Below, in pieces: positions 48,536-59,216 of a DNA stretch of 64,000 nt. Origin of the DNA: Opitutaceae bacterium. Lineage in GTDB: Bacteria; Verrucomicrobiota; Verrucomicrobiia; Opitutales; Opitutaceae. Both the position numbers and the translations under genes were made by a program. How positions within the stretch are numbered: the first letter of the stretch is position 1; each line of letters starts with the position of its first letter. The notes beneath the pieces were generated by a model. That model saw only the letters and a list, made by a program, of their open reading frames with translations, did no database searches and had not been told where the DNA came from. The DNA is taken from assembly GCA_028691845.1 (NCBI GenBank), contig JAQUYL010000018.1, positions 2,814 through 66,813 of the forward strand. Direction: 5' to 3'.

Positions 48536-50944
48536 ATGCTCCGCTTGTTGCTTCCGCCCAACCTCCCGAGTGCCGCCCAACGCGATGCCATTGCGGTCCG
48601 GCTGGAAATTGACCTCGCCACCCCGCCGCCGCCGGCCCTTGTGGCGGGTCTGGCCGTGCTGCAGCGGTTGGGCGCCAAGCCCGCACCCGTCGTCTTTCTG
48701 CAACTGAACCGGGCGCAATTGGGCGAGCTCACCGATGCCCTCACGAGGCAGCCTGTATTTTTTTGGGTCAACCGGCCAACGGAGCCGATCCCGTGGACGG
48801 GACCCGATCTGCCCGGGGTCAGCGAGCACCTTGTAGCTCCTGCTCCGGATAGGCCCTCCCCCACATATGAGGCTCCTGTTCCAAGGAACCCCATCGCGCG
48901 ATCCCGCCCCACCGGCACGCCGGTGACTGTCGACGGCTCGGAATATTTTTTGGCGATCACGCTGCCGTCGCGTGACACCGAGAACTATGCCGACATGGTG
49001 GAGCTGTTGAAGCGACATAGCTTCACGCTCGAGACATCCAACGGTAAATTCTGGCTGCGCAACCGCCACAAGGTGCTGAATTTTCTTGCCACCCACTGGA
49101 CCGAGTTGCGCGAACTCCACCGCGCGGTGTTTTCCGCCAATTTCGAACGGAACACCGCGCACTTTCGGCCAGTCGAGGTGACCGCTGAGATCAGCGAGCA
49201 GTCTGAAGGCTACGACGTCACCATCGGCCTCCAAGCAGGCAACGCTTCTGAATGCGACATCCTGTCCGCCATCAATTCCAGCCGCAGTTACATCGAGGAC
49301 GGGAAACATCTCTATCTCGTCGATCCAGCCCGTCTTTCACAGTTGCAGTTCGCTCACCAGGCCTTGGCTGGATCGCCCGACAGCATGGGCGGCGCCCGCC
49401 GCCTGCACCTCGTCGCCCGGAGTCGCGTCGCCGAAGTGCAGGAAATTCTTGAGGAAACCGCGCCTCACTTCCAACCACCCGAGACCTGGCGTGCACGCAG
49501 CGAAGCCCTGCACCGGCTGACCTCTCTGGCACCCGCTCCCATCCCGGCTGCGTTGGTGAAAATTCTGCGTCCTTACCAGCGGCTGGGCACGGCCTGGCTG
49601 TGGTACCTGTACGGCCAGGCGCTTGGCGGTATCCTCGCCGATGAGATGGGGCTTGGGAAAACCCTTCAGGCGCTGGCACTGCTCGCTGCCCTGCCCCGCC
49701 GGGGCCCGTCGCTGATCGTCTGCCCCGCCTCGCTGGTGGAAACCTGGCGACGGGAAGCAGCCCGTTTCGTCCCGCAACTGGGCGTCTGCGTCCATCACGG
49801 CGAACATCGACTCTCGTCCTTGTCTGAATTCGCCGGTCCCGACCTGATCCTCACTTCCTACGGCACGCTCATCCGGGATGGCGCCTTGTTCGGCACGGTG
49901 GAGTTCGACGTGATCCTGGCCGACGAGGCCCAGCATTTGAAAAACCGGCGCACCCAGGCCGCACAGTCGCTGCGCACGCTGCGCGGCCGGGGGCGGTTTC
50001 TCCTCACCGGCACTCCGCTCGAAAACTCACTGGATGATCTGCGGGCACTCTTTGCATTTCTTATGCCCGGTTTTCTTCCCAAGATTCCCCCGGTACTGCG
50101 CGGCGACGAACGCGGCTGGTACGATGAGCGTCTCCGCGCCCAGACGGCGCCCTACATCCTGCGCCGCACCAAGCAGGCCGTCGCTCCCGAGCTTCCTGCA
50201 AAGATTGAGCAGATCATCTATTGCGAGCCGGGACCGGCCCAAGCTGCGCTCTACCGCCGCATGCAGGAGCAGACCGAGCGAGAACTATTTGCCCTCGCGG
50301 CCAATGGCGCTTCCGAGGGCCGGCTGCGGTTTGCCACCCTGACCCAGCTTCTGCGTCTGCGCCAGATCTGTTGCGATCCGCGCCTGGTGCTAGGGAATGG
50401 CGCGGCCGCCGGAGATGGGCCCCCGCCCGAGAGCGCCAAGCTTGACGCCTTCCGCGAATTGCTCGCCGAGGCCCTGGACGAAGAGCACCGTCTGCTCGTG
50501 TTTTCACAGTTTACATCGCTTCTCGCTCTGCTCCGCGAGGAGTTGCGCCTGCAAGACGTACCGTGCTGTTACCTCGACGGAACAATGTCAGCCCGGGCCC
50601 GGCAGGCGGAGGTTGATCGTTTCCAGTCCCACGAAAACGTTCCTGTGTTTCTCATTTCACTCAAGGCCGGTGGCACCGGCTTGAACCTGACGGGGGCCGA
50701 CGTAGTGGTGCATTTCGACCCGTGGTGGAACCCCGCCGTGGAAGCCCAGGCCACCGACCGCGCGCACCGGATTGGTCAGACCCGCATTGTCACCAGCTAC
50801 AAGCTAATCTGCTCCGGCACGGTTGAGGAGAAGGTTCTGACCCTGCAGAAGAGCAAGCGGGCGCTGCTGGCCGATGTGTTCGAGGCCAGCGAAGCCGCCA
50901 CCGCCAAACTCAGTCTGGCCGACCTGCGCGCGCTTCTGGCCTGA
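48536..50944 (+). CDS. SNF2-family DEAD/DEAH-box helicase (RapA/HepA-like)
   Basis: ILADEMGLGKTLQALAL (motif I), ILADEAQHLKN (motif II), LLTGTPLENS, and the C-terminal helicase lobe LVFSQFTS...GGTGLNLTGADVVVHFDPWWNPAVEAQATDRAHRIGQ. Confidence 0.9.
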   Translation: MLRLLLPPNLPSAAQRDAIAVRLEIDLATPPPPALVAGLAVLQRLGAKPAPVVFLQLNRAQLGELTDALTRQPVFFWVNRPTEPIPWTGPDLPGVSEHLVAPAPDRPSPTYEAPVPRNPIARSRPTGTPVTVDGSEYFLAITLPSRDTENYADMVELLKRHSFTLETSNGKFWLRNRHKVLNFLATHWTELRELHRAVFSANFERNTAHFRPVEVTAEISEQSEGYDVTIGLQAGNASECDILSAINSSRSYIEDGKHLYLVDPARLSQLQFAHQALAGSPDSMGGARRLHLVARSRVAEVQEILEETAPHFQPPETWRARSEALHRLTSLAPAPIPAALVKILRPYQRLGTAWLWYLYGQALGGILADEMGLGKTLQALALLAALPRRGPSLIVCPASLVETWRREAARFVPQLGVCVHHGEHRLSSLSEFAGPDLILTSYGTLIRDGALFGTVEFDVILADEAQHLKNRRTQAAQSLRTLRGRGRFLLTGTPLENSLDDLRALFAFLMPGFLPKIPPVLRGDERGWYDERLRAQTAPYILRRTKQAVAPELPAKIEQIIYCEPGPAQAALYRRMQEQTERELFALAANGASEGRLRFATLTQLLRLRQICCDPRLVLGNGAAAGDGPPPESAKLDAFRELLAEALDEEHRLLVFSQFTSLLALLREELRLQDVPCCYLDGTMSARARQAEVDRFQSHENVPVFLISLKAGGTGLNLTGADVVVHFDPWWNPAVEAQATDRAHRIGQTRIVTSYKLICSGTVEEKVLTLQKSKRALLADVFEASEAATAKLSLADLRALLA

Positions 50945-51434
50945 CCATCGAGGGGCAAGGGGCTTCCAGAGTCCCTCCAGCCGGGAAATCGTCAAGCGTT
51001 CGAGGCAAAGACCGCCCGCCCAGTGGATCGCTGCTGGCACTGCGGCGCTTCCCTATGGGACTCTATTCGCCTGCATCGGCTTAGCGCCCCAAAGGGGGTA
51101 GCGATACTGACTACCGCTGCGGCAGGGAGGAACCCAGAGCGAATGGGGCGGTGGCTGACGGACCACACCATCGCGGACGAATTCGTTCTCTCCTCCAACG
51201 TTGTCTTCTGAAGGCACCATCCGTATCGGGTAGGTTTGGCTGCCTCCTGGCGTTATCCTGTTCGGCGCAAACTCGGTCGACTTGAGCGGTACACTGAAAC
51301 TATTAGGCTATAACCGTACAGGTATCGCCCGGTCTTTGAATTGCTCTTTTTTTTCTCCGCTGACTTGACCACGCGCGTTCCGCCAGCAAGATTATCTTAG
51401 TACCTCAGGTGTTTCCTTTAACCCCCTCACTCCC

Positions 51435-51659
51435 ATGTACTGGAAAATTGAGATCACGGAGCCCCACAGTGGTGAACTTGGCGAAGCCATCGTGCACGAA
51501 GATCACCTCTTCGAAGCCGAGGAATACCACTACGAAACAGGACAAAAACTCGAAGTTGCCGTGCACCAGACAGACGATCCGCACTGGCACATTTTCACCG
51601 ACATGGATTCCGGCCATCGTTTCAAGATTCCGCCGGAAAAATACCGCAAGGTGGGTTGA
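51435..51659 (+). CDS. hypothetical small acidic/His-rich protein
   Basis: 74-aa ATG ORF in a lower-GC island (MYWKIEITEPHSGELGEAIVHEDHLFEAEEYHYETGQK...). No family. Confidence 0.4.
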   Translation: MYWKIEITEPHSGELGEAIVHEDHLFEAEEYHYETGQKLEVAVHQTDDPHWHIFTDMDSGHRFKIPPEKYRKVG

Positions 51660-51948
51660 CGCCAGCCTAGCTGGTAAGCCGAAGCGGCCGCAGGCCGCAT
51701 CCCTTGATGATCCCGAGCCTGGGCGGGTCGAGGGTGTATGATTCGCAACGACCTCACTGCCGGAGGGGGCGATTCCTACTCAAACGCATTGCTGAGGCTA
51801 TTGGGTTTCCCCTAATGCCGACCCCAGGCGGCCGGCGGTCTGCCGAAGCGGCCGCTGAACGGAATCCATCTGCCACGCAGCGTCAAATCGCGCCTGCCCA
51901 AGCCGGCACAGATGAATCCTTTGCTGACCGCTTGATCACATCGCCCGG

Positions 51949-52686
51949 CTATTTACCGCCCAGCAGCTTCTTTAACCCCTCGCCGGCCTTCTTGGCGGAT
52001 TCTGCCGCCGCCGCGCCCATGGTGGTGCCGACCTTGCCGGCAGCCTGCGTCGTCGCAGTTACCACACTGCTGCTCACGCTGCGCATGACGGCCACCACCA
52101 GTTGTTCGGACGTAATGCCGCCTTCCTTGGTGCCGAGATCGTTGAGTTCAATCGGCGGCATCGGCATCGTCACGGCCGTAGCGCCGACTCCAAGTGTTAC
52201 TCGCCCATTCTGCAGGCGAAAATGCTTTACTTCAAACTTGATCGGACGCCCGTTTTTCGCGGTGGGCGCGGTGTCTTTGCCGCCGCCGATCGCCGCTTCA
52301 ATGTTTTTCAACAGATCGCCGATGTTGCTGGCCACGAGTTTGGTTTCGTAGACGAACTCCGGCTGGTCGATGAATACCTCACGCACGACGACATGATCGC
52401 CCAAAACCGAGAAGGGAGAGACTTCCACATGGATTTTCCCAAGATAAAACGCCTTCTCCGAGTTCCAGCCATTGGGGTTGCCAACGTAAAGGCCACTCAG
52501 CGTCCCACTGCCTGTAAGCGGGGAAATGTGCGCCCCGGCAAGCTCGACCTTCGTCTGAGTAAGTTTGGGGGCAAAGCTATTGACCCCGGCCTTTACGACC
52601 GACCCCAGAAATAAGGTAAGGCCGACATATGCCACCAGCGCCAGCGCAAGGATGGCTCCACCAAAATAGATTAGTTTTTTATTCAC
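51949..52686 (-). CDS. AsmA-family / DUF748-like membrane-anchored protein
   Basis: GTG start. TM anchor (LIYFGGAILALALVAYVGLTLFL) followed by ...VELAGAHISPLTGSGTLSGLYVGNPNGW..., typical of AsmA N-terminal regions. Confidence 0.65.
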   Translation of the reverse strand: MNKKLIYFGGAILALALVAYVGLTLFLGSVVKAGVNSFAPKLTQTKVELAGAHISPLTGSGTLSGLYVGNPNGWNSEKAFYLGKIHVEVSPFSVLGDHVVVREVFIDQPEFVYETKLVASNIGDLLKNIEAAIGGGKDTAPTAKNGRPIKFEVKHFRLQNGRVTLGVGATAVTMPMPPIELNDLGTKEGGITSEQLVVAVMRSVSSSVVTATTQAAGKVGTTMGAAAAESAKKAGEGLKKLLGGK

Positions 52687-52779
52687 AGGGAAGAAATGTA
52701 TTTTTTTGCTAAGCCATGCCTCGGGACGAAACTGCAGACATCACCGATGTATCCGCACCTCGGCAATGCGTCTAAACTC

Positions 52780-53151
52780 TCACACGGATGGTTTTCCGTG
52801 CTTCTCATGCAGGATGAGTTGATTGCCCTCGGAATCTTCGAAGCGCGCAAAATGGCACACGCCAGTATCTGCAGGCTCCATTAGAAATTTTACGCCCTGC
52901 TGTTTCAAATGGGCCGCCACCTTGTCAAGGTCGTCTGTTTCCAGCGCCACTGCCGCAGCGTGGGCGGGTACGACCCCATCCATAAAACTCGTGATCGCTA
53001 GCGTCGCGGAGCCTACATCAAACTCAATCCATTTGTCCTCCCAGTTGGCCGTCTCCTTTAGCCCTAAAACCGAATCATAGAACAAACGCGCCCGGGCCAT
53101 ATCACGCACTGGATAGACAACAAACGATACGCCACTAAAACGTGGTTTCAT
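52780..53151 (-). CDS. VOC-family (glyoxalase/bleomycin-resistance fold) protein
   Basis: MKPRFSGVSFVVYPVRDMARARLFYDSVLGL...VCHFARFEDSEGNQLILHE is the paired beta-alpha-beta-beta-beta VOC pattern. Confidence 0.85.
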   Translation of the reverse strand: MKPRFSGVSFVVYPVRDMARARLFYDSVLGLKETANWEDKWIEFDVGSATLAITSFMDGVVPAHAAAVALETDDLDKVAAHLKQQGVKFLMEPADTGVCHFARFEDSEGNQLILHEKHGKPSV

Positions 53152-53395
53152 CAGAGCAAAATTGTCGCGACCGACCACAATGTCACTCCCATAAATTCCC
53201 ATCTGCGGACACGAATTGCGCTTGTCTCCCCGAGTCTCTCGTCTCTGTTTTCCAACGTGGTTCGGTTTTGCCTTGTCATCTCGAGTCCGGCACAGCGGAG
53301 GGCGATGGTCCTGCTAGCAGGACCGTGATGCCGCCCGCCTCTGCGATTCCTCCTGATGTCCCATCCGACCACCGCGACCCGTCCGCTAATCATCC

Positions 53396-55240
53396 ATGGC
53401 CAACCACAACTATACCGAAGCCAGCGTCAAGACCCTCTCCTCCACGGAGCACATCCGGTTGCGCCCCGGCATGTACATCGGCCGCCTCGGCGGTGGTGGC
53501 CATGCCGAGGACGGCATCTACGTGCTCCTCAAGGAGACCATCGACAACTCCGTTGACGAATTCACCATGGGTTTCGGCAAAAAGATCGAGGTCGAGCTGG
53601 CCGACCGCACTCTGCGAGTGCGCGACTACGGCCGCGGCATCCCCCTTGGCAAGGTGCTCGACTGCGTCTCGATTATCAACACTGGCGCCAAATACGACAG
53701 TGAAACGTTCAAGAAAGCTGTTGGCCTCAACGGCGTCGGCCAGAAGGCGGTCAACGCCCTTTCCGTCTCCTACCGCGCCCAATCCGTCCGCGACGGTCAG
53801 ACCAAGATCGTCGAGTTTGTCCAAGGCAAGCTCAAGAAGGACCATAAGATCCTCAAATCATCCGAACGGAACGGCACCATTATCGAGTTCACGCCCGACG
53901 CCGCCCTGTTCGGTCAGGATTTCTGTTTCCGTGCCGAATTCATTGAGGATTTGCTCTGGAAATACGCGTTCCTCAACCGCGGTCTTACCCTCACGTTCAA
54001 CGGCAAGCCCTTCAAATCCGAAAACGGTCTCCAGGACCTCCTTCAGAAGGAACTCAGTGGCGATCCGCTCTATCCTATCATCCATCTCGAAGGTGAGGAC
54101 ATCGAGGTCGCTTTCACCCACGGCGCCCACTATGGCGAGGAATACTTCTCCTTCGTCAACGGCCAGCACACCACGATGGGTGGCACGCACCTCACCGCCT
54201 TCCGCGAAGCTCTTGTCGAGACCGTCCGCAACTTCTTCAAAAAAGACTACGATTCCGCCGACGTCCGCCAGTCGATCGACGCCGCCATTTCCCTCCGGGT
54301 GATCGAGCCCGTCTTCGAATCGCAGACAAAGACCAAGCTCGGCTCCAACGATCTCGCTCCCGGCGGTCCCGCGATCCGCGATTTCATCGGCAAATTCATC
54401 CAGCAATCCCTCGATGTCTTCCTGCACAAAAATCGGGAGACCGCCGACGTCCTCAGGCGCAAGTTCGAGGACAGCGAACGTGAGCGCAAGGAACTCTCAG
54501 GCATCCGCAGCCTTGCCCGCGAACGCGCCAAGAAAGCCTCGCTCCACAACCGCAAGCTCCGTGACTGCCGCCTCCACCTTGGCGACCGCGCCGAACGCTC
54601 CGAGGACAGCACGCTCTTTATCGTTGAGGGTGATTCCGCCGCCGGTTCGCTTACCGCATGCCGGGACGTGCAGACCCAGGCCGTCTTCGCTCTCAAAGGC
54701 AAACCACTCAACACCTATGGTTTATCGAAAAAGGTCATCTACGAGAATGAGGAGTTTCACCTCCTCCAGTCGGCCCTCAACATTGAGGAAGGGCTCGATG
54801 GGCTGCGCTACAACCGGGTCGTCATTGCCACCGACGCCGATGTCGATGGCATGCATATCCGCTTGCTGCTAATCTCCTTTTTCCTTCAGTTCTTTCCCGA
54901 CCTCATCCGCAACGGCCACCTTTACCTCCTCGAGACGCCGCTCTTTCGCGTCCGCAATAAAAAGGAAACCCACTACTGTTACTCCGAACCGGAGAAACGG
55001 GACGCGATAAGCAAACTCGGCCCCGGCGCCGAAATCACCCGCTTCAAGGGCCTCGGCGAAATTTCCGCAGGAGAGTTCAAGGATTTCATTGGCGAAGACA
55101 TTCGTCTCGAACCCGTCAACCTCGCCCATCTGCACAGCAGCGATGAATTGCTTGGCTTCTACATGGGCAAGAACACGCCCGAGCGGCAGGATTTCATAAT
55201 CGACCATCTCCGGATCGAGAAAGACCTCATCGAGGTTTGA
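53396..55240 (+). CDS. parE: type IIA topoisomerase subunit B (short ParE/GyrB-like, topoisomerase IV type)
   Basis: GHKL ATPase ([39 protein letters not shown]) and Toprim ([23 protein letters not shown]). Confidence 0.9.
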   Translation: MANHNYTEASVKTLSSTEHIRLRPGMYIGRLGGGGHAEDGIYVLLKETIDNSVDEFTMGFGKKIEVELADRTLRVRDYGRGIPLGKVLDCVSIINTGAKYDSETFKKAVGLNGVGQKAVNALSVSYRAQSVRDGQTKIVEFVQGKLKKDHKILKSSERNGTIIEFTPDAALFGQDFCFRAEFIEDLLWKYAFLNRGLTLTFNGKPFKSENGLQDLLQKELSGDPLYPIIHLEGEDIEVAFTHGAHYGEEYFSFVNGQHTTMGGTHLTAFREALVETVRNFFKKDYDSADVRQSIDAAISLRVIEPVFESQTKTKLGSNDLAPGGPAIRDFIGKFIQQSLDVFLHKNRETADVLRRKFEDSERERKELSGIRSLARERAKKASLHNRKLRDCRLHLGDRAERSEDSTLFIVEGDSAAGSLTACRDVQTQAVFALKGKPLNTYGLSKKVIYENEEFHLLQSALNIEEGLDGLRYNRVVIATDADVDGMHIRLLLISFFLQFFPDLIRNGHLYLLETPLFRVRNKKETHYCYSEPEKRDAISKLGPGAEITRFKGLGEISAGEFKDFIGEDIRLEPVNLAHLHSSDELLGFYMGKNTPERQDFIIDHLRIEKDLIEV

Positions 55241-55577
55241 TGCGCAGGATCCCGCGCGAAGGGGACCGAGCTTTTCAGCACACAAGCCCGGCGACTCGCC
55301 CGCTGCAGCCTTGCTTGAGTTCAATTCCAACCATGACACCCCGGCAAGGACACGAAAGGATGCCACTTTGATCTGAGTCGCGAGATGAATAGCGCCTACG
55401 CAGTATCATCAGGACCACGGCAGTCCTTCTGTGCTTAACCAACCTGACTATTCGGAAACATTCGTGGGCAGTGGCGCAATTCCGATCCCGTTTTCAGTTG
55501 ATGTTTCGCTGGCACACTGGGATCGCCCAGCCACTGCCCTTGCGGTGGTTTCTGGAGGTGTCATCCACTATGTTCAC

Positions 55578-55595
55578 CTACATGAATTCATGTAG
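55578..55595. repeat. perfect 18-bp palindrome CTACATGAATTCATGTAG in the parE-parC spacer
   Basis: Read directly from the sequence; it is identical to its own reverse complement. Confidence 0.9.
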
Positions 55596-55763
55596 ATAGA
55601 TGTTTTGCTTTCCCTGCTCTGCTTCAGGGAAGCTCCCGTCCGCCAGCCGCTAATTTCTGCAGCGTACTGGTTGGGTGTCAGGGCGGTCCCGCAACCGAGC
55701 GCCTAGTGTCAGCGCCGCGGGTACCCCACCGCAAGGGTATGCGGCAGAATGATGCAGTGACGG

Positions 55764-55798
55764 GCCGGAACCGGGCAGTTGGCCCTCCCGGTTCCGGC
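55764..55798. other. 12-bp-stem hairpin GCCGGAACCGGG-N11-CCCGGTTCCGGC
   Basis: Perfect complementarity read directly. No adjacent T-run, so it is not a classical terminator. Confidence 0.7.
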
Positions 55799-56076
55799 TT
55801 CATCCCCACCACCCGTTCGACCGGCATGCCCCTTCCGCTCACGCTACACCATATCCTCATCATGGACGCTTCGACCGGGGGCTCCTGGTGATCCCTCCCC
55901 CTCGCATAGCTTTCCGTGAACGATCCCACTGCCCATATTCAGGATTTTGTCCACGCGAATTCGTTCATTTGGAGTACCATCGATCCCCGCTCATGACATT
56001 GGCAGCGGGAAAATCCACTCTGCTCCGCTTGACGAGCCAACGCCTACCCCTAGCGTGTCGCCCAGACTTTCCCCAG

Positions 56077-58251
56077 ATGGCCAGACGCAAGAAAGACACC
56101 AAGCAGACAGAGTTGAAATTCGCCGGCGATAACACCAAGCCGGAAGAGGCCTCCCAGCCGATCGGCCCAATGGCCCGCACTGCCTCGTCTGCTGCGAAAA
56201 AATCCACCGCCGGGTCCGCATCGAACACGCCAGGTGTAGTCGCCGGTTTCAGCCCGACCACAACAAAGCCGGTTTCATCCCGCCGCTCCGGCAAGGGCCA
56301 AGAGGAAGCGCCGCTGGCACAGAACTATCGCAGTTGGTTCCTCGATTATGCAAGCTACGTGATCCTAGATCGCGCCGTGCCCCATATTGACGACGGGCTC
56401 AAACCTGTCCAACGCCGCGTGCTGCACACGCTCTGGGAGATGGACGACGGCCGGTTTCACAAGGTGGCCAATGCGGTCGGTTCTACCATGCGCCTGCATC
56501 CGCATGGCGACGCCTCCATCGGGGCCGCACTTGTTGGCATGGCGCAACGCGGCTTTCTCATCGAACCACAGGGGAATTTCGGCAACCTGTTCACCGGCGA
56601 TGATCCCGCCGCCCCCCGCTATATCGAGGCACGCCTGACCCCATTCGCGCGTGATGTGCTTTTCAATCCGAAGACGACGAAATGGCAGCTCAGCTACGAT
56701 GGACGAGCCAAGGAGCCGGTCACTTTGCCGGCCAAGTTTCCCATCGTCCTGCTCGAAGGCGCCGAGGGCATCGCTGTCGGCCTTGCTACGAAGATTCTTC
56801 CGCACAATTTCAACGACCTCTGCCGAGCTGCCATTAATCACCTACAGGGGAAATCCTTCCGCATCTATCCCGATTTCCCGACCGGCGGCACTGCGGACTT
56901 TGCGGAATATAAGGATGGCGAGCGCGGCGGCAAAATTAAGGTCCGCGCCAAGATCGAGCAACGCAGCAAATATCTGCTCGCGATCACCGAACTGCCCTAC
57001 GGGGCCACCACTGAGTCACTCATCGAGTCGATTCTCGCGGCCAACGCCAAGGGCAAGATCAAGATCAAACACGTTGACGACAATACTGCCGACAAAGTCG
57101 AGATCCTTGTGCATTTGCCACAGGGCAGCGAACCCGAACAGGTCATCCAGCAGCTCTACGTGTTCACCTCCTGCCAGACCGCAATCTCGCCGGCAGCCTG
57201 TGTGATCGAGAACGACAAGCCGGTGTTTCTCGGTGTGCGCGAAATTCTCAAGCGCAGCGTCGATCGGTCGAAAGAGCTACTTCAGCAGGAACTTGAAATC
57301 AAGCTGGGCGAACTCGAACAGCAATGGCACTGGGATTCACTGGAGCGCATTTTCATCGAGGAGCGCATTTACCGTCGTATTGAGAAGTCGAAAACGTGGG
57401 AGATGGTGATCGAGGAAATTCGGGAAGGGCTGAGGCCGTTCATAAAGCAGCTCCGCCGCGCTGTCGGGGACGACGACATTGTCCGCCTCACTGAAATCAG
57501 GATCAAACGCATCTCCGCCTACAATCGTTTCCAGGCTGACGAAGCCCTCAAGAGGATCGAAGCGGAGATCAAGGAAGTGAAATCCAGTCTCAAAAATCTC
57601 ACGGCTTGTGCGGTGAAATGGTTTGAGACCTTGCAGGAAAAATACGGTAAAGGTCTCAAGCGCCGCACGGTGTACGACGAAATTGAGCAGATTAGCGCAG
57701 CTGAGGTCGTGTCGGCCAATCAGCGACTCTACGTGAACCGCGAGGATGGTTTCATCGGCCTGAACTGGCGACAGTACGAGTTCGTGCAGGAGTGCTCCAT
57801 TCTCGACCTTGTGCTCTGCATCATGGCTGACGGGTCGCTCAAGGTATCAAAGGTTGGTGAAAAAGTCTTCATGGGTCGCGAGATCATCCACTGCGCCGTC
57901 CTCCCCAAGGATGGGGATAAAAACTTCTACACGATGATCTACCAGGACAAGGCGACCGGAAAGGCCTTTGCGAAGAAATTTCAGATCGGTGGTCTCACGC
58001 GAGACAGGCTTTACCCACTAGTGAAATCCGAGGGGTCGCTAGTAGTCTATTTCGAGGTCAGCGCGAAGGAGAAGGACTTGCCAAAGCTGGTGCACATATC
58101 GCTCGACGGCCGCAGCCGGGCGCGCGTACGCGAATTCGAGTTCGACCTGACCCGCGTGCCGGTCAGCAATCGCTCGGCCAAGGGACTGACGGTCACGAGG
58201 TGGCCGATCAAGATGGTCAAACGCACTGATTTGATGCTGACATCACCCTAG
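56077..58251 (+). CDS. parC: type IIA topoisomerase subunit A (ParC/GyrA-like, topoisomerase IV type) with a low-complexity N-terminal extension
   Basis: YASYVILDRAVPHIDDGLKPVQRRVLHTLWEM, HPHGDASIGAALVGMAQ, and PRYIEARL around the active-site Tyr region. The ATG at 56077 (MARRKKDTKQ) was chosen; the upstream part of ORF 55888.. looks non-coding. Confidence 0.85.
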   Translation: MARRKKDTKQTELKFAGDNTKPEEASQPIGPMARTASSAAKKSTAGSASNTPGVVAGFSPTTTKPVSSRRSGKGQEEAPLAQNYRSWFLDYASYVILDRAVPHIDDGLKPVQRRVLHTLWEMDDGRFHKVANAVGSTMRLHPHGDASIGAALVGMAQRGFLIEPQGNFGNLFTGDDPAAPRYIEARLTPFARDVLFNPKTTKWQLSYDGRAKEPVTLPAKFPIVLLEGAEGIAVGLATKILPHNFNDLCRAAINHLQGKSFRIYPDFPTGGTADFAEYKDGERGGKIKVRAKIEQRSKYLLAITELPYGATTESLIESILAANAKGKIKIKHVDDNTADKVEILVHLPQGSEPEQVIQQLYVFTSCQTAISPAACVIENDKPVFLGVREILKRSVDRSKELLQQELEIKLGELEQQWHWDSLERIFIEERIYRRIEKSKTWEMVIEEIREGLRPFIKQLRRAVGDDDIVRLTEIRIKRISAYNRFQADEALKRIEAEIKEVKSSLKNLTACAVKWFETLQEKYGKGLKRRTVYDEIEQISAAEVVSANQRLYVNREDGFIGLNWRQYEFVQECSILDLVLCIMADGSLKVSKVGEKVFMGREIIHCAVLPKDGDKNFYTMIYQDKATGKAFAKKFQIGGLTRDRLYPLVKSEGSLVVYFEVSAKEKDLPKLVHISLDGRSRARVREFEFDLTRVPVSNRSAKGLTVTRWPIKMVKRTDLMLTSP

Positions 58252-58479
58252 GCGACCGGCTCTTTTCGCCGACTGAAATATCATCATAGCCACAGCCCAG
58301 TCCGGGCTAGCAACCAACAGCAAAGCGCCGCTTGTGGACGTGCCAGTCGAAGATTTCAATCGCACTCCCCCATTGTCATTCAAGTTGAAAAGGATCCGGC
58401 AACCCAGCCTAGACCAAGCTCTCTCCAGAAGCGTCCACAGTGGCTGTGTTTTCTCTCAACCGCGCAATCCGTTCTTGAA

Positions 58480-59145
58480 ATGCAACCTTCACTAAAACTC
58501 TTGCTCACGGCGGCACTCGCGTTGGCTTTCGCCGGTTGCACCACCGTGCCGCCGGAACCAGCCAATTTGTCAGAGCACAAGGCAGAGCTTCTGCGCTACG
58601 CTGATTCCGGCCGCTACGATACTGACATAGCAGCAATTGCAGCAAAAGCGCGGGCGTACGTAATACACCGAGCTGCCCGGCGTACGCCGAGCGAGCGTTT
58701 AGCCCTCGTCCTGGATATTGATGATACTGCCCTTTCTAACCTGCCACACATGCGAACACTGGACTTTGGTTATGTTCCGTCTGCATGGCATTCTTGGCTG
58801 GCGCGCGGCGAAGCCCCGGCCATATCACCGGTGCTCGATGTCTACCGCGCCGCTGTGGCCGCGGGGGTTTCGGTTTTCTTTGTCACCAGTCGGGAGGAAT
58901 CCGACCGTGCTGGCACCGAAAGCAACCTGCAAAAGGCCGGATACAAACCTTATGCCGGCCTCGTCCTTTTGTCCGCCCACAATTCCGGTCTCACGAATGC
59001 GGCATTCAAAACCTCGGCGCGAAAGCGCATCACGGAGGAAGGTTTCACTGTCATCGCCAACATCGGTGATCAAGAAAGCGATCTCGTTGGGGGCTATGCC
59101 CAACGGTCCTTCAAGTTGCCGAATCCGTTTTATATTTCTGAGTGA
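58480..59145 (+). CDS. HAD-superfamily class B acid phosphatase lipoprotein
   Basis: Lipobox LALAFAGC, HAD motif I LVLDIDDTALSN, and later IANIGDQESDLVGG. Confidence 0.85.
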   Translation: MQPSLKLLLTAALALAFAGCTTVPPEPANLSEHKAELLRYADSGRYDTDIAAIAAKARAYVIHRAARRTPSERLALVLDIDDTALSNLPHMRTLDFGYVPSAWHSWLARGEAPAISPVLDVYRAAVAAGVSVFFVTSREESDRAGTESNLQKAGYKPYAGLVLLSAHNSGLTNAAFKTSARKRITEEGFTVIANIGDQESDLVGGYAQRSFKLPNPFYISE

Positions 59146-59216
59146 TTGCTCCAGCCGCAGCCGCGGACTCAACCAGTGGGCCATTCCGTCTTACCGGACC
59201 AGCGGTGGCGATGCGT

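Noticed and set aside
48536-50944. SNF2 helicase as part of a defence island (DISARM/BREX-like)
   Set aside because: No methyltransferase, nuclease, PLD or DUF1998 partners flank it. Its neighbours are korAB and small hypothetical genes. It is most simply a RapA/HepA-type housekeeping remodeller.
55678-55929. 83-aa minus-strand and 61-aa + strand ORFs inside the parE-parC spacer, and a possible transposase remnant there
   Set aside because: The translations are Arg/Pro/Gly-rich with no transposase motifs (DDE, HTH) that I could recognise. I describe the region only as a structured non-coding spacer.
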